From the NCBI GenBank assembly GCA_950054395.1, contig CATLOZ010000002.1:1-42136 (forward strand): DNA of 42,136 nucleotides, written 5' to 3'. Source of the DNA: an uncultured Chloroflexota bacterium (lineage in GTDB: Bacteria > Chloroflexota > Dehalococcoidia > Lucifugimonadales > GCA-002694895). Numbering within the stretch: the first letter of the stretch is position 1; each line of letters begins with the position of its first letter. This document shows, piece after piece, positions 1 to 10,174 of the stretch. Both the position numbers and the translations under genes were made by a program. A model generated the notes under the pieces. That model searched no databases. It was not told where the DNA came from and saw only the letters and a list, made by a program, of their open reading frames with translations.

Positions 1-75
1 AACCTAAAGCAGAGGAACCTAAAGCAGAGGAACCTAAGGCAGAGGAACCTAAGGCAGAGGAACCTAAAGCAGAGG
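1..75 (+). repeat. Tandem 15-nt repeat, five copies, truncated by the window edge
   Basis: The unit aacctaaagcagagg occurs five times head to tail. Copies 3 and 4 carry a synonymous aaa->aag change. The repeat is in frame and coding. Confidence 0.95.
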
Positions 76-92
76 AAAAAGAAAATAAATAA
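1..92 (+). CDS. 3' end (partial, reading frame starting at nt 3) of an upstream gene with a low-complexity (PKAEE)x5 tail ending KENK*. By position it is possibly ribosomal protein L10.
   Basis: Frame 3 reads PKAEE five times, then KENK and TAA at 90-92. It ends 34 nt before rplL, matching the near-universal rplJ-rplL order. No diagnostic L10 sequence is visible in the window. Confidence 0.4.
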   Translation, partial: PKAEEPKAEEPKAEEPKAEEPKAEEKENK

Positions 93-113
93 GCTATTAA
101 TAAATAATTTTAT

Positions 114-118
114 GGAGG
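114..118 (+). promoter_or_regulatory. Shine-Dalgarno sequence for rplL
   Basis: GGAGG lies 8 nt upstream of the ATG at 127. Confidence 0.6.
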
Positions 119-126
119 AATTTTAA

Positions 127-513
127 ATGGCGGATAAAAAAAATGATATATTAGAATCAATTAAGAATTTATCTGTACTTGAACTTTCGGATCTAGTGAA
201 AAGTTTAGAAGATGAATTTGGAGTTACTGCAGCAGCTGCAGCTCCAGCTACTGCAACAAATGCGGCAGATGACGGAGGACAAGCTGATGATGACAATTCA
301 GATGCAACAGTGAATGTAGTACTAAAAGAAGTTGGAGCTAATAAAATTAATGTAATTAAAGCAGTTAGACAATTAACAACATTAGGATTGAAAGAAGCAA
401 AAGATTTAGTGGAATCTGCTCCTAAACCAATTGTTGAAGGTGCTAATTCTGATGATGCAGCTAAAGCTAAAGAAGCTTTAGAAGCAGCTGGTGCAACTGT
501 AGAATTAAGTTAA
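127..513 (+). CDS. rplL: 50S ribosomal protein L7/L12
   Basis: The N-terminal dimerisation helix reads [26 protein letters not shown]. An Ala-rich hinge follows. The C-terminal domain reads [27 protein letters not shown]...[14 protein letters not shown]. Confidence 0.95.
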   Translation: MADKKNDILESIKNLSVLELSDLVKSLEDEFGVTAAAAAPATATNAADDGGQADDDNSDATVNVVLKEVGANKINVIKAVRQLTTLGLKEAKDLVESAPKPIVEGANSDDAAKAKEALEAAGATVELS

Positions 514-594
514 AATTAAATTAAATTTTTTTAACTAACAGAGTATAGGTAAAACTTAATTATCTTTCAGATAGTAAGAATCAAATTTGTTATT

Positions 595-1680
595 CTAACA
601 ATTAGATAATATCAATTCTTGACATAAACTAGATGAATCTACTAAGTCAGGAATAGAAACAGTTTCATTTATTGTATGCATACCAGTCACACCCATGCCA
701 ACAACAACAGATTTTATATCTTTTTTAATAAATACATTCCCATCTGTGCCTCCACCCGAAGGTTTGAGATTCGGTTTAAGTCCTAATTTTTCTATAGCAT
801 TTGTTACTATTTTCAAACATGGATCGTTATCTTTGAGTTTGTATTTTTCAAAAAGTAATTCAGTTTTTAAATTTATTTTGGAATCTGGGAATTCATCCTT
901 GATCTCACGAATAGCTATATTTAGAGTTTCTGATAAGTTATCTAGTGTTTCAAGGCTGCTAGTTCGAAATTCTCCTTGAACAAATACATTTGCAGGGACC
1001 GCATTTCTTACTGACCCTCCCTCTATTTTACCTACATTAAATGTAGTTTCATTATCTAATCTTCCTTGAGGTAATTTATTTATTAGTTTACTGGCAATTA
1101 TAATTGCAGATAACCCTTTTTCCGGCTCTGCTCCAGCATGCGCTGCTCTTCCTACTATTTCAATATCAAAGCTTATATATGTAGGGCTAGAACTTGTTAT
1201 TGTGCTTGGAGGCCCTTCTCCATCGAATATTATTGCATTAGAACCTTTAAATTTAGAGAAATCTAAATTTCTTGCTCCTTGCAATGCTAATTCCTCTTCT
1301 CTTGTAAATATTAAAACTAAATTTTTAAATTCATAATTTTCTTCATTTAAAGAATCTAAAGCTTCTAAAATACCAGTTAATCCTGCTTTACAATCTCCAC
1401 CTAAAATTGTGTCAGTTTTAGATTTTATTATATCTTTTTCAACTACAGGTATAATTCCTCGCCCAGGTTCTACAGTATCCATGTGTGCTGATAATATTAA
1501 ATTATTATTGTTTGATTCTGTTTTTGCTATCAAATTACCATAATCATCTTTTAATAATATGAAACCTAATTCAGTTAATTTTGATTCAATATATTTAGAT
1601 ACTTCTTCTTCTTCACCTGAGGGGCTGTCAATAGAAACCAATTCACAGAATGTATTAGTTAATCTTTCTCTGTTAATCAT
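595..1680 (-). CDS. M20/M42-type metallopeptidase (peptidase T / tripeptidase-like)
   Basis: Matching segments are SPSGEEEEVSKYI, SAHMDTVEPG, GGDCKAG (metal-binding Asp region), FTREEELALQG and RAAHAG. Confidence 0.7.
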   Translation of the reverse strand: MINRERLTNTFCELVSIDSPSGEEEEVSKYIESKLTELGFILLKDDYGNLIAKTESNNNNLILSAHMDTVEPGRGIIPVVEKDIIKSKTDTILGGDCKAGLTGILEALDSLNEENYEFKNLVLIFTREEELALQGARNLDFSKFKGSNAIIFDGEGPPSTITSSSPTYISFDIEIVGRAAHAGAEPEKGLSAIIIASKLINKLPQGRLDNETTFNVGKIEGGSVRNAVPANVFVQGEFRTSSLETLDNLSETLNIAIREIKDEFPDSKINLKTELLFEKYKLKDNDPCLKIVTNAIEKLGLKPNLKPSGGGTDGNVFIKKDIKSVVVGMGVTGMHTINETVSIPDLVDSSSLCQELILSNC

Positions 1681-1742
1681 GTAAAATCCTTTTATAACTA
1701 AAAAATTATATTATATAAACAGATTATCAAATATTTTTTATT

Positions 1743-2678
1743 ATGAATATATTAATATATGGCACTGGAGCTGTAGGAACATTCTTAAGCACTTTGATTT
1801 ATGAAAAAAATAATAATTGTATTTTATTTTCAAGAGGAGATAAATTTGAATTATTTAGAAATTCAGGAATAACTTTAAAAACAAATCTGAAAAAACATAA
1901 AACAATTTACCCTGATTTATTTGATACAAACAAGATAATAACATTAAGTGATCTTCCTTTTATTCCTGAATTAGTTATTTATTGTGTCAAAAGTTATCAT
2001 AATGATGATTCAATCAATATCTTAAAAAACATATTTCAAAATACTAAAACTTATATATTAACTTTACAAAATGGATTCCAATCTACTGTTAAGTTATCTA
2101 ATTCTTTTGGCGATAGAATACTTACCGGAGCTGCTTATATAGATTCTGTTTTAAATGAAAAAGGAGAGGTGTTTGAAACTGGAGGCGATCCCAAAATAGT
2201 AATAGGCTCTTTATATAATAATGGTAAATCACTAATGAATGATTTTAAACATAGATTTAATACGAAAGAGTTAAATATTGAAATTTCAAATGATATAAAG
2301 TCTGTTATTTGGAGAAAACTTATGTATATTTGTGCTTTAAGTGGAATTATGTGTTTGTTTAGACAACCATTAGCGAATATTCTTTCTGATAATAAGGGTA
2401 GGGAAATATTATTGGAAATAATTACAGAAACATATAATGTTGCAATAGCAGATAATGCAGTTATTTCTAAAGAAGAAATAAATAATGTTTTTTATGAGCT
2501 TGATACAAACAGAGAAAATTCTATCTCTTCTATGTATGAAGATTTAAAAAAATCTAATTCAATAGAAGTTGATGCTTTAAATACCTATGTTAGTAACAAA
2601 GCGAATATATTTCATATAGATACGCCAATGAATGATTTGATTAGCTCAGTATTAGAAGCATATATGATATATAGATAG
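1743..2678 (+). CDS. Ketopantoate reductase (PanE/ApbA) family oxidoreductase
   Basis: The N-terminal Rossmann motif is ILIYGTGAVGTFL. The C-terminal ApbA_C-like segment is SSMYEDLKKSNSIEVDALNTYV. Confidence 0.6.
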   Translation: MNILIYGTGAVGTFLSTLIYEKNNNCILFSRGDKFELFRNSGITLKTNLKKHKTIYPDLFDTNKIITLSDLPFIPELVIYCVKSYHNDDSINILKNIFQNTKTYILTLQNGFQSTVKLSNSFGDRILTGAAYIDSVLNEKGEVFETGGDPKIVIGSLYNNGKSLMNDFKHRFNTKELNIEISNDIKSVIWRKLMYICALSGIMCLFRQPLANILSDNKGREILLEIITETYNVAIADNAVISKEEINNVFYELDTNRENSISSMYEDLKKSNSIEVDALNTYVSNKANIFHIDTPMNDLISSVLEAYMIYR

Positions 2679-2691
2679 TATTAAGAATTAA

Positions 2692-3156
2692 TTAACTTCC
2701 AAACCTTACTTCAGCATTTGGATCTGAATATGATACACCTTTTGTTTCCCAAAATATTGTAGCTATTTTATCAACGCTATCTACCAAATCTTTCGCAGAA
2801 TCAGAAGATACTGTTTGTTTACATGTTGAAGACAATTTTGCTGCATTCCAGAATAATTCATGTAAGTCTGGATATTTTTCTAAATGTTCTGGCTTGAAAT
2901 AATCATGCCAAAGTATATCTAGTTCATTTCTAACGATTTCTGCATGATCTTCTTTTACACGTATTAATCTGGCTATACCATTTGGTTGTTCAACTTTTGT
3001 CACTCCTCCGCTAAGATCAAGAGCTTCCATTTTAACAACCATTTTCAGAACAGTTTGAGCAGCTATTTTTGCAGCTATAGGGTCGTATATCCCGCAAGGA
3101 ATATCACAATGAGCGTAAATATGAACAGGTTTTAAGATACTTTTAAGAAATTTCAT
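2692..3156 (-). CDS. sodN: Nickel superoxide dismutase precursor
   Basis: A 14-aa leader (MKFLKSILKPVHIYA) is followed by the Ni-hook HCDIPCGIYD. Size (154 aa) and the helical remainder fit NiSOD. Confidence 0.9.
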   Translation of the reverse strand: MKFLKSILKPVHIYAHCDIPCGIYDPIAAKIAAQTVLKMVVKMEALDLSGGVTKVEQPNGIARLIRVKEDHAEIVRNELDILWHDYFKPEHLEKYPDLHELFWNAAKLSSTCKQTVSSDSAKDLVDSVDKIATIFWETKGVSYSDPNAEVRFGS

Positions 3157-3204
3157 TCAAATTCTCCCTTTAAAAAATATTTAATAATTATATTATATAT
3201 TATT

Positions 3205-3609
3205 GTGTTAAATTTTTTAAATTGTAAAATTAATCAAAAAAGTATGGAGCCTGTATTATTTGATGGGCAGTATGTATTAGTGATGAAATTTAAAGAATAT
3301 AAAAGGAATGATATTATAGTATTTCGCGAAAAATCATCTGATATTATTAGTGTTAAATATTTATTTGGACTTCCTGGTGACAGATTGGGGAAATCAGGCC
3401 AGAAATTCTATAATTTAAGTATAAAACCTGATAATTATCATTACGATTACAATGTTTATGAAAAAGTATTTGTATTAAATACAAATGAAAATTTTGTCCT
3501 AGGATATAATGAACTTAACAGTATAGATAGTAGGCATTTTGGAACTATCCTCAATGATAAAATTTTAGGAAAAGTAGTTTTAAGATATTATCCTTTTAAA
3601 ATATATTAA
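3205..3609 (+). CDS. sodX: S26 signal-peptidase-like NiSOD maturation protease
   Basis: It is divergent from sodN. The catalytic Ser motif SMEP sits at residues 13-16 and the box E-like segment is GYNELNSIDSRHFG. A GTG start at 3205 is needed to keep the Ser. No TM segment is present. Confidence 0.7.
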   Translation: MLNFLNCKINQKSMEPVLFDGQYVLVMKFKEYKRNDIIVFREKSSDIISVKYLFGLPGDRLGKSGQKFYNLSIKPDNYHYDYNVYEKVFVLNTNENFVLGYNELNSIDSRHFGTILNDKILGKVVLRYYPFKIY

Positions 3610-3619
3610 TAACAATTAT

Positions 3620-5098
3620 ATGGTAGATTTAAAAATTAAATATGAACCAGTAATTGGGCTTGAAGTTCATGTTCAATTAGATACATTAAGTAAAATGTTT
3701 TGCCATTGTTCTGTTGCACCGTTTGAAAGCGAACCAAATACTTATGTTTGTAATGTATGTATGGGGTATCCAGGTACTTTACCTTTGATCAATGAAGCGG
3801 CTATAAATATGGTCATTAAATCCGGATTAGCTCTAGGAGGTAAAATAAATAAAAAAACAAGATTTGACAGAAAAAATTATCATTATCCTGATTTGATGAA
3901 AGGGTATCAAATTTCTCAGTTTAAATATCCTATTGTAGTGGGCGGTGAAGTTGAGATCTTTACCAATCCTGAAAAGAAAATATTATTAAACCGCATACAT
4001 TTAGAAGAAGACACTGCAAAATTAACTCATATTACTGGTTCAAATAATTCATCAACCTTAATAGATATAAATAGATCAGGGACTCCATTGATGGAAGTTG
4101 TTACAGAACCAGTTATTTCTAATGCTCATGAAGCTAGAAGCTACTTATTAGAATTACATTCTATTTTTACTGAAATAGGTGTAACTAAAGGTAATTTAGA
4201 ACAAGGGCATTTCAGATGTGATGCTAATATCAGTTTGAAATTAAAGAATTCACCTAAACTTGGCGAAAAAGTTGAGGTGAAGAATATGAATAGCTTCAGG
4301 TCAGTTTTCAGAGCTATTAATTACGAAATTAAAAGACAAGAAGATGTTTTAATTTCTGGAGATAGAATTGTTCAGGAAACTAGAGGCTGGAATGAATCTA
4401 AAGGGAGTACATTTTCTCAAAGATCAAAGGAATCAGCTCATGACTACAGGTATTTCCCCGATCCGGATTTACCAAATATATATATAAATGAAGATTTGTT
4501 GAATGAAATAAGATTATCTTTACCTGAATTGAGAAAGGATAGAATTAAATATATAAATGCAAATTATAATTTAAATGATCAATCTGTAAATATATTATGT
4601 TCAAATTTACATTTATATAATTTTTTTATTAACATTAGTAAAATAAATGAAAGTGGAAAATTTGATATTCAGATCCAGGATTTATCTAATTGGATTACAG
4701 AAGAAATGATTAAAGTTATTGATTCAAAAGAGATCCCTTATAAAAAAATTACTGATTATATAAATCCAAGATATCTACTTAGATTAATAAGTATGACTAA
4801 TGAAGGAATTGTTAACAGAAATGGAAGTAGAGAAATATTAGCTTCTTTATGTGAATCTAAACTTTCCCCGGAAGAGTTATTAGAATCAATGGGATTGACT
4901 AAAATTTCCGATTCTCGTGAATTAGATAAGATTTGTGAAAAAGCAATAATAGTAAACCAAAGTGCAGTTGATGATTATAAATCAGGTAAAGAGACTGCGA
5001 TTAGATTTTTAGTAGGGCAGGTTATGAAATTGAGTAAAGGCAAGGCGGATCCAGTTCAGGCTGAATCAAGTTTATTAAAGATTCTTAACTTAAAATAA
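3620..5098 (+). CDS. gatB: Asp/Glu-tRNA(Asn/Gln) amidotransferase subunit B
   Basis: Matches include YEPVIGLEVHVQL, GYPGTLP, RIHLEEDTAKL, the EVVTEP region, and a C-terminal YqeY-like tail (FLVGQVMKLSKGKADP). Confidence 0.95.
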   Translation: MVDLKIKYEPVIGLEVHVQLDTLSKMFCHCSVAPFESEPNTYVCNVCMGYPGTLPLINEAAINMVIKSGLALGGKINKKTRFDRKNYHYPDLMKGYQISQFKYPIVVGGEVEIFTNPEKKILLNRIHLEEDTAKLTHITGSNNSSTLIDINRSGTPLMEVVTEPVISNAHEARSYLLELHSIFTEIGVTKGNLEQGHFRCDANISLKLKNSPKLGEKVEVKNMNSFRSVFRAINYEIKRQEDVLISGDRIVQETRGWNESKGSTFSQRSKESAHDYRYFPDPDLPNIYINEDLLNEIRLSLPELRKDRIKYINANYNLNDQSVNILCSNLHLYNFFINISKINESGKFDIQIQDLSNWITEEMIKVIDSKEIPYKKITDYINPRYLLRLISMTNEGIVNRNGSREILASLCESKLSPEELLESMGLTKISDSRELDKICEKAIIVNQSAVDDYKSGKETAIRFLVGQVMKLSKGKADPVQAESSLLKILNLK

Positions 5099-5105
5099 AT
5101 ATTAT

Positions 5106-6062
5106 ATGAACAATATTCTGAAATCTGTCAATATTTGTACTATAGGAGGCGGTACTGGTTCTTCAGTTTTGCTGAGAGGATTAAAAAATTGTTCGGATTT
5201 TTTAACAGCAATTGTAACTGTTTCAGATGATGGGGGAAGTTCAGGTATATTGAGGAAAGAATTAGGTGTTTTACCTCCTGGGGATTTTAGAAATTGTGTT
5301 GCAGCTTTAAGTGATTCTGAAAGTATTATAAAAGAATTATTTGATTATCGATTTGATCAAGGAAAAAGCTTGAAAGGACATAGTTTGGGTAATTTGTTAA
5401 TTGCTGCTATGTCAGATATTACAGGTAATTTTGAAGAAGGGCTTTATCAATCCGCAAAAATATTAGGTGCAAAAGGCACTGTATTACCCTCTTCATTGGA
5501 AGATATAGTTTTGCAAGCAAAATTAACTGACGGATCATTAGTTAATGGAGAATCATTAATTCCATTAAAAGAAGGTAAAATAGCTTCTGTACATTTAAAT
5601 CCTGCATCAGCAAAAGGATCGGTTAGTACCATAAATGCTTTAAAAAAAGCAGATCTTATTATCATTGGCCCAGGAAGCTTGTATACTAGTGTTATTCCAC
5701 CTTTGTTAGTTCAAGATTTAATAAATGTAATAAAAGAATCTTCTGCATTAAAAATTTATATATGTAATGTAGCTACGCAAAAAGGTGAAACAGATGGATA
5801 TAGTGTATATGATCATATAGTTGCAATAGAAGAACATACATATAAAGATATATTTGATTATATAATTGCTGATGAAAATTATAATATTCCTATAGTTTCG
5901 CATGAGGAAGAACCAATTAAAATTACTCAAAATGATCAAGATAATGCTAAGGTATTACAATTTGATATTAAATCAGCAGAACATTCTTTAAGGCATGACT
6001 CAAATAAGTTGTCTAGCAGTATAAAAAAGATATACAATCTATGGATTAATTCTAGTAATTAA
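5106..6062 (+). CDS. YvcK-like gluconeogenesis factor (UPF0052, CofD superfamily)
   Basis: The segment IGGGTGSSVLLRGLK...TAIVTVSDDGGSSGILRKELGVLPPGDFRNC, together with IIGPGSLYTSVIPPLLV, fits YvcK rather than CofD. Confidence 0.75.
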   Translation: MNNILKSVNICTIGGGTGSSVLLRGLKNCSDFLTAIVTVSDDGGSSGILRKELGVLPPGDFRNCVAALSDSESIIKELFDYRFDQGKSLKGHSLGNLLIAAMSDITGNFEEGLYQSAKILGAKGTVLPSSLEDIVLQAKLTDGSLVNGESLIPLKEGKIASVHLNPASAKGSVSTINALKKADLIIIGPGSLYTSVIPPLLVQDLINVIKESSALKIYICNVATQKGETDGYSVYDHIVAIEEHTYKDIFDYIIADENYNIPIVSHEEEPIKITQNDQDNAKVLQFDIKSAEHSLRHDSNKLSSSIKKIYNLWINSSN

Positions 6063-6078
6063 TTATAAAGGTTAGGTT

Positions 6079-6294
6079 TTGGATAAAATATTTTTAATAT
6101 TACAATTGATTACATCGATTTTTTTGATTGTTATTATAATCATTCAGGTACGAGGACAAAGTGTAAATATATTTGGAGGTGGTGGAGATAATTTTCGAAC
6201 AAGAAGGGGTTTTGAAAAAATTCTATTTCAATTAACTATAATAGTTTCAGTAATTTTTGTTTCATTAGGTTTAATAAACGCTGCACTTTCATAA
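6079..6294 (+). CDS. secG: Preprotein translocase subunit SecG
   Basis: This 71-aa protein has two TM segments flanking IIIQVRGQS...FGGGGDNF..RRGFEK. It uses a TTG start. Confidence 0.65.
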   Translation: MDKIFLILQLITSIFLIVIIIIQVRGQSVNIFGGGGDNFRTRRGFEKILFQLTIIVSVIFVSLGLINAALS

Positions 6295-6298
6295 TTTA

Positions 6299-7674
<1,376 letters not shown>

Positions 7675-7678
<4 letters not shown>

Positions 7679-8151
7679 TGTTTTTTATAAATACTACAAA
7701 TAGCTAATGCTGATATTCCTTTATTTCTTCCGATAAAACCAAGTCCATCTGTAGATTTTCCTTTTATATTAATTTTATTAGAGTTAAGTTTTAAAGTTTC
7801 TGATATTTTAGATTTCATCATATTAGAATAATTAAATATTTTGAATTTTTCACATATAATTGTAGAGTCAATATTGTTTATTATCCAATCGTTTTTTTTA
7901 ATGATGTTATCTGTTTTATTTAACATTTGTAAGCTTGAATATATTGATTCAGTTGAATCATTAAAAAAATGTCCCATATCTCCTAAATTTGCTGCACCTA
8001 ACAGGGAATCTATAATTGCATGTATTAATACATCTGCGTCACTATCACCTTCTAAGCTATAATTATTGCTTATAACAACCCCTCCTAAAATAAGAGCACC
8101 TCCTTTTTTAAGTTTATGAACATCTATGCCAATTCCGTATGAACTAATCAT
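7675..8151 (-). CDS. ispF: 2-C-methyl-D-erythritol 2,4-cyclodiphosphate synthase
   Basis: Matches are GIGIDVHKL, SDADVLIHAIIDSLLGAANLGDMG and a TxxxEKFK-like region. It overlaps cysS by 4 nt. Confidence 0.9.
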
Positions 8152-8839
8152 GGGTGTTTAATATTTGATGAATTGATTTTAATAAAAGTAAATCTTCATT
8201 TGATGTCAATTTTATATTATATTTAGATCCTTTGAAAACATAGGGATTACATCCAGTTTCTAGTATAAATTCTGCAACATCATTGTATTTAAATTCAATT
8301 CTATTACTTTCAGCGTATTCAATAGCATCATATAATATTTTAGTTTTGTATGCTTGTGGAGTTTGTGATGATAATAATTTACTTCTATCTATATGTTTGG
8401 AAAGAGTATAAGAATCTTGAGATATATAAGCAGAGTCAACATGATTGATTACTGGTACTGCAGCACCATATTTATTGGCTAAATTAATACTTTTAGAAAT
8501 CAATTTTTCATTTATAAATGGTCTTGCCGCATCATGAATTATTATAATCTCAGATGAAGTAATAGTTTTAAATGCATTTACAAATGAAGAAAATCTGGTT
8601 TCACCGCCTTCTACAAAATTAAATGGTTTTTTGTATTTATTCATTGAAATAATTGATTGTATTTTATTTGAATTATTCTTTGATGTTACTATTGTTATAT
8701 GATCAATTAATTTATGTTTGAATAAGGTTTCTATAGAATATTCAATAACCATTTTTCCAGATAATTCTAATGTTAATTTATCTATCCCTTGCATTCTTGT
8801 CGAATTTCCCGCTGCAAGTAAAATTGCATAATTTTTCAT
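8144..8839 (-). CDS. ispD: 2-C-methyl-D-erythritol 4-phosphate cytidylyltransferase
   Basis: Matches are AILLAAGNSTRM, IHDAARPF and SSQTPQAY. It overlaps ispF by 8 nt. Confidence 0.9.
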   Translation of the reverse strand: MKNYAILLAAGNSTRMQGIDKLTLELSGKMVIEYSIETLFKHKLIDHITIVTSKNNSNKIQSIISMNKYKKPFNFVEGGETRFSSFVNAFKTITSSEIIIIHDAARPFINEKLISKSINLANKYGAAVPVINHVDSAYISQDSYTLSKHIDRSKLLSSQTPQAYKTKILYDAIEYAESNRIEFKYNDVAEFILETGCNPYVFKGSKYNIKLTSNEDLLLLKSIHQILNTHD

Positions 8840-8914
8840 TTATAAATATTTATTTTTTGTTAAGTAGTTTATATTATATTAGTTGGATTAAAAATAGTTA
8901 AGGAAATTTTAACA

Positions 8915-9346
8915 ATGATAAATTATTGGATGATTTCGATTCCGAAATCTAAATATGAAATATTTATAAAGAATAAAGATAAACAAATAGAATTTACTAA
9001 TAAGTATCAAAAAAGAGTAAAAAGAATAGAAATTGATGATCGTATGATTATTTATATCAAAGATATAAAAAAATGGATTTTAAGTGCAACTATAATTGGC
9101 CCTGCTAAAAGTATAATTAAATCAAGATGGTCTGATGATATAACAGATTATATTTATGGTGTTAATTTAAATATTGATAAACAATTAGATGAATCTAATG
9201 CAATTGATGCAACATATATTGCACCTTCTTTGGAATATTTGAAAAAATGGTTACCATATCATTGGGAATTGGCTTTTTATGAAAGTATGCATATTTTGTC
9301 TGCACGAGATTTTAAACTCATAGAATCAGAAATGGATAAGGAATAG
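8915..9346 (+). CDS. Hypothetical protein, possibly with a PUA/EVE-like fold
   Basis: This 143-aa ORF fills the whole gap between ispD and tatD. The NYWMISIP start, the ...IEIDDRMIIYIK... segment and the ...ARDFKLI ending loosely resemble the EVE/PUA-like pattern. No diagnostic motif was found. Confidence 0.3.
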   Translation: MINYWMISIPKSKYEIFIKNKDKQIEFTNKYQKRVKRIEIDDRMIIYIKDIKKWILSATIIGPAKSIIKSRWSDDITDYIYGVNLNIDKQLDESNAIDATYIAPSLEYLKKWLPYHWELAFYESMHILSARDFKLIESEMDKE

Positions 9347-9348
9347 AA

Positions 9349-10167
9349 TTATATTAACCCATATGACAAATGTTCTTTCATTAGCCAGTTAGATCCATTT
9401 TTTAACATATTAAATGTGTTATTAAATATATGTTCAGCGATATTTTCGATATTTTCGCACTTTATTTTACTAATTTTATCTATGATTAAATTACAATCTT
9501 TTGGCTCTGTCCATTTTCTTCTGTCTTTTTTAAAAGGCTGAGGAGCTGAATCTGTTTCTACAATGATATTATTTATATTAGTGGAATTTATTACATTTTC
9601 TAATTTTTTTATTCTGAGTAAAGGTTTTCCAACAGATATTTTAAATCCCATAGATTCTAACTCAGAAGCTATTTTATTATTTGATTGGAAATAATGCATT
9701 GCTCCTCCCACTTCATATGCCCGTTCTTCTTTTAATATTCTTATTGTCTCATCTGCACAAAATCGGGAATGAAAAATAATTGGTTTATTTAATTCCCTGG
9801 CAATCCCTATCTGTTTTCTGAATGCTTTGTATTGAATTTCCCTTGGAGGTGAATCAGTTTGGAAATCTAATCCTATTTCGCTAATGACAAGAATCTTTTT
9901 ATTATTTGTAATTAGCTTATACATTTGTTCTATTTCGGATTTATTTAATTCTTTAGTTAGATTCTGAGGGTGAAATCCTATTCCTCCAAAAACATTTGGG
10001 TATTTTTTTGTCATTAGATCAATTGATTTCGCACTTGAAATGTCTACAGAGGCATCAATTATTGATGTTATTCCATTTTGCTTGGCTCTATTTATTATAG
10101 TTGGTATTTCTTTAGAATCATATGAATTTATATGCGTGTGAGAATCGATTATAGGAATCTTAATCAT
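9349..10167 (-). CDS. tatD: TatD-family metal-dependent hydrolase / DNase
   Basis: Matches are IDSHTHI, EIGLD and IFHSR, and the ETDSP tail. The start is placed at the internal Met (MIKIPIIDSHTH) at 10167. The longer ORF to 10218 would overlap the upstream gene by 44 nt. Confidence 0.85.
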   Translation of the reverse strand: MIKIPIIDSHTHINSYDSKEIPTIINRAKQNGITSIIDASVDISSAKSIDLMTKKYPNVFGGIGFHPQNLTKELNKSEIEQMYKLITNNKKILVISEIGLDFQTDSPPREIQYKAFRKQIGIARELNKPIIFHSRFCADETIRILKEERAYEVGGAMHYFQSNNKIASELESMGFKISVGKPLLRIKKLENVINSTNINNIIVETDSAPQPFKKDRRKWTEPKDCNLIIDKISKIKCENIENIAEHIFNNTFNMLKNGSNWLMKEHLSYGLI

Positions 10168-10174
10168 ATTAATT

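Noticed and set aside
1-126. Alternative frame-1 reading of the tandem repeat (NLKQR)n, which runs to a TAA at 124-126
   Set aside because: That frame would read through the rplL Shine-Dalgarno sequence and end 1 nt before the rplL ATG. The unit-to-unit differences (aaa/aag) are synonymous only in frame 3 (PKAEE), which argues that frame 3 is the coding frame.
508-536. Hairpin agttaaaa(13 nt loop)ttttaact after rplL, considered as an intrinsic terminator
   Set aside because: The stem has a single G-C pair and a large loop. Its stability would be marginal, so it is not reported as a feature.
695-979. Antisense ORFs from the six-frame track lying inside well-supported genes. Examples are 695-979, 5447-5665, 5748-5939, 7023-7232, 7841-8062, 14219-14440, 14620-14817, 14926-15120, 17362-17601, 18237-18446, 18532-18852, 18740-18952, 20619-20984, 22048-22320, 23018-23266, 25324-25506, 25829-26041, 27315-27581, 31841-32041, 35263-35490, 35517-35789, 37221-37403, 38011-38265, 39580-39801, 39835-40176, 40226-40432, 40598-40786 and 41596-41922.
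   Set aside because: Each is fully embedded opposite a longer ORF that has clear family motifs. Their translations are low-complexity and lack any recognisable motif. Such shadow ORFs are expected in AT-rich DNA, where few stop codons fall in certain antisense frames.
5106-6062. CofD (F420 biosynthesis) assignment, which would have hinted at an F420-driven, Fpo-like role for the EFG-less Nuo complex
   Set aside because: The sequence (IGGGTGSSVLLRGLK, TVSDDGGSSGILRKELGVLPPGDFRNC) matches the YvcK/UPF0052 branch rather than CofD. No other F420 genes are in the window.
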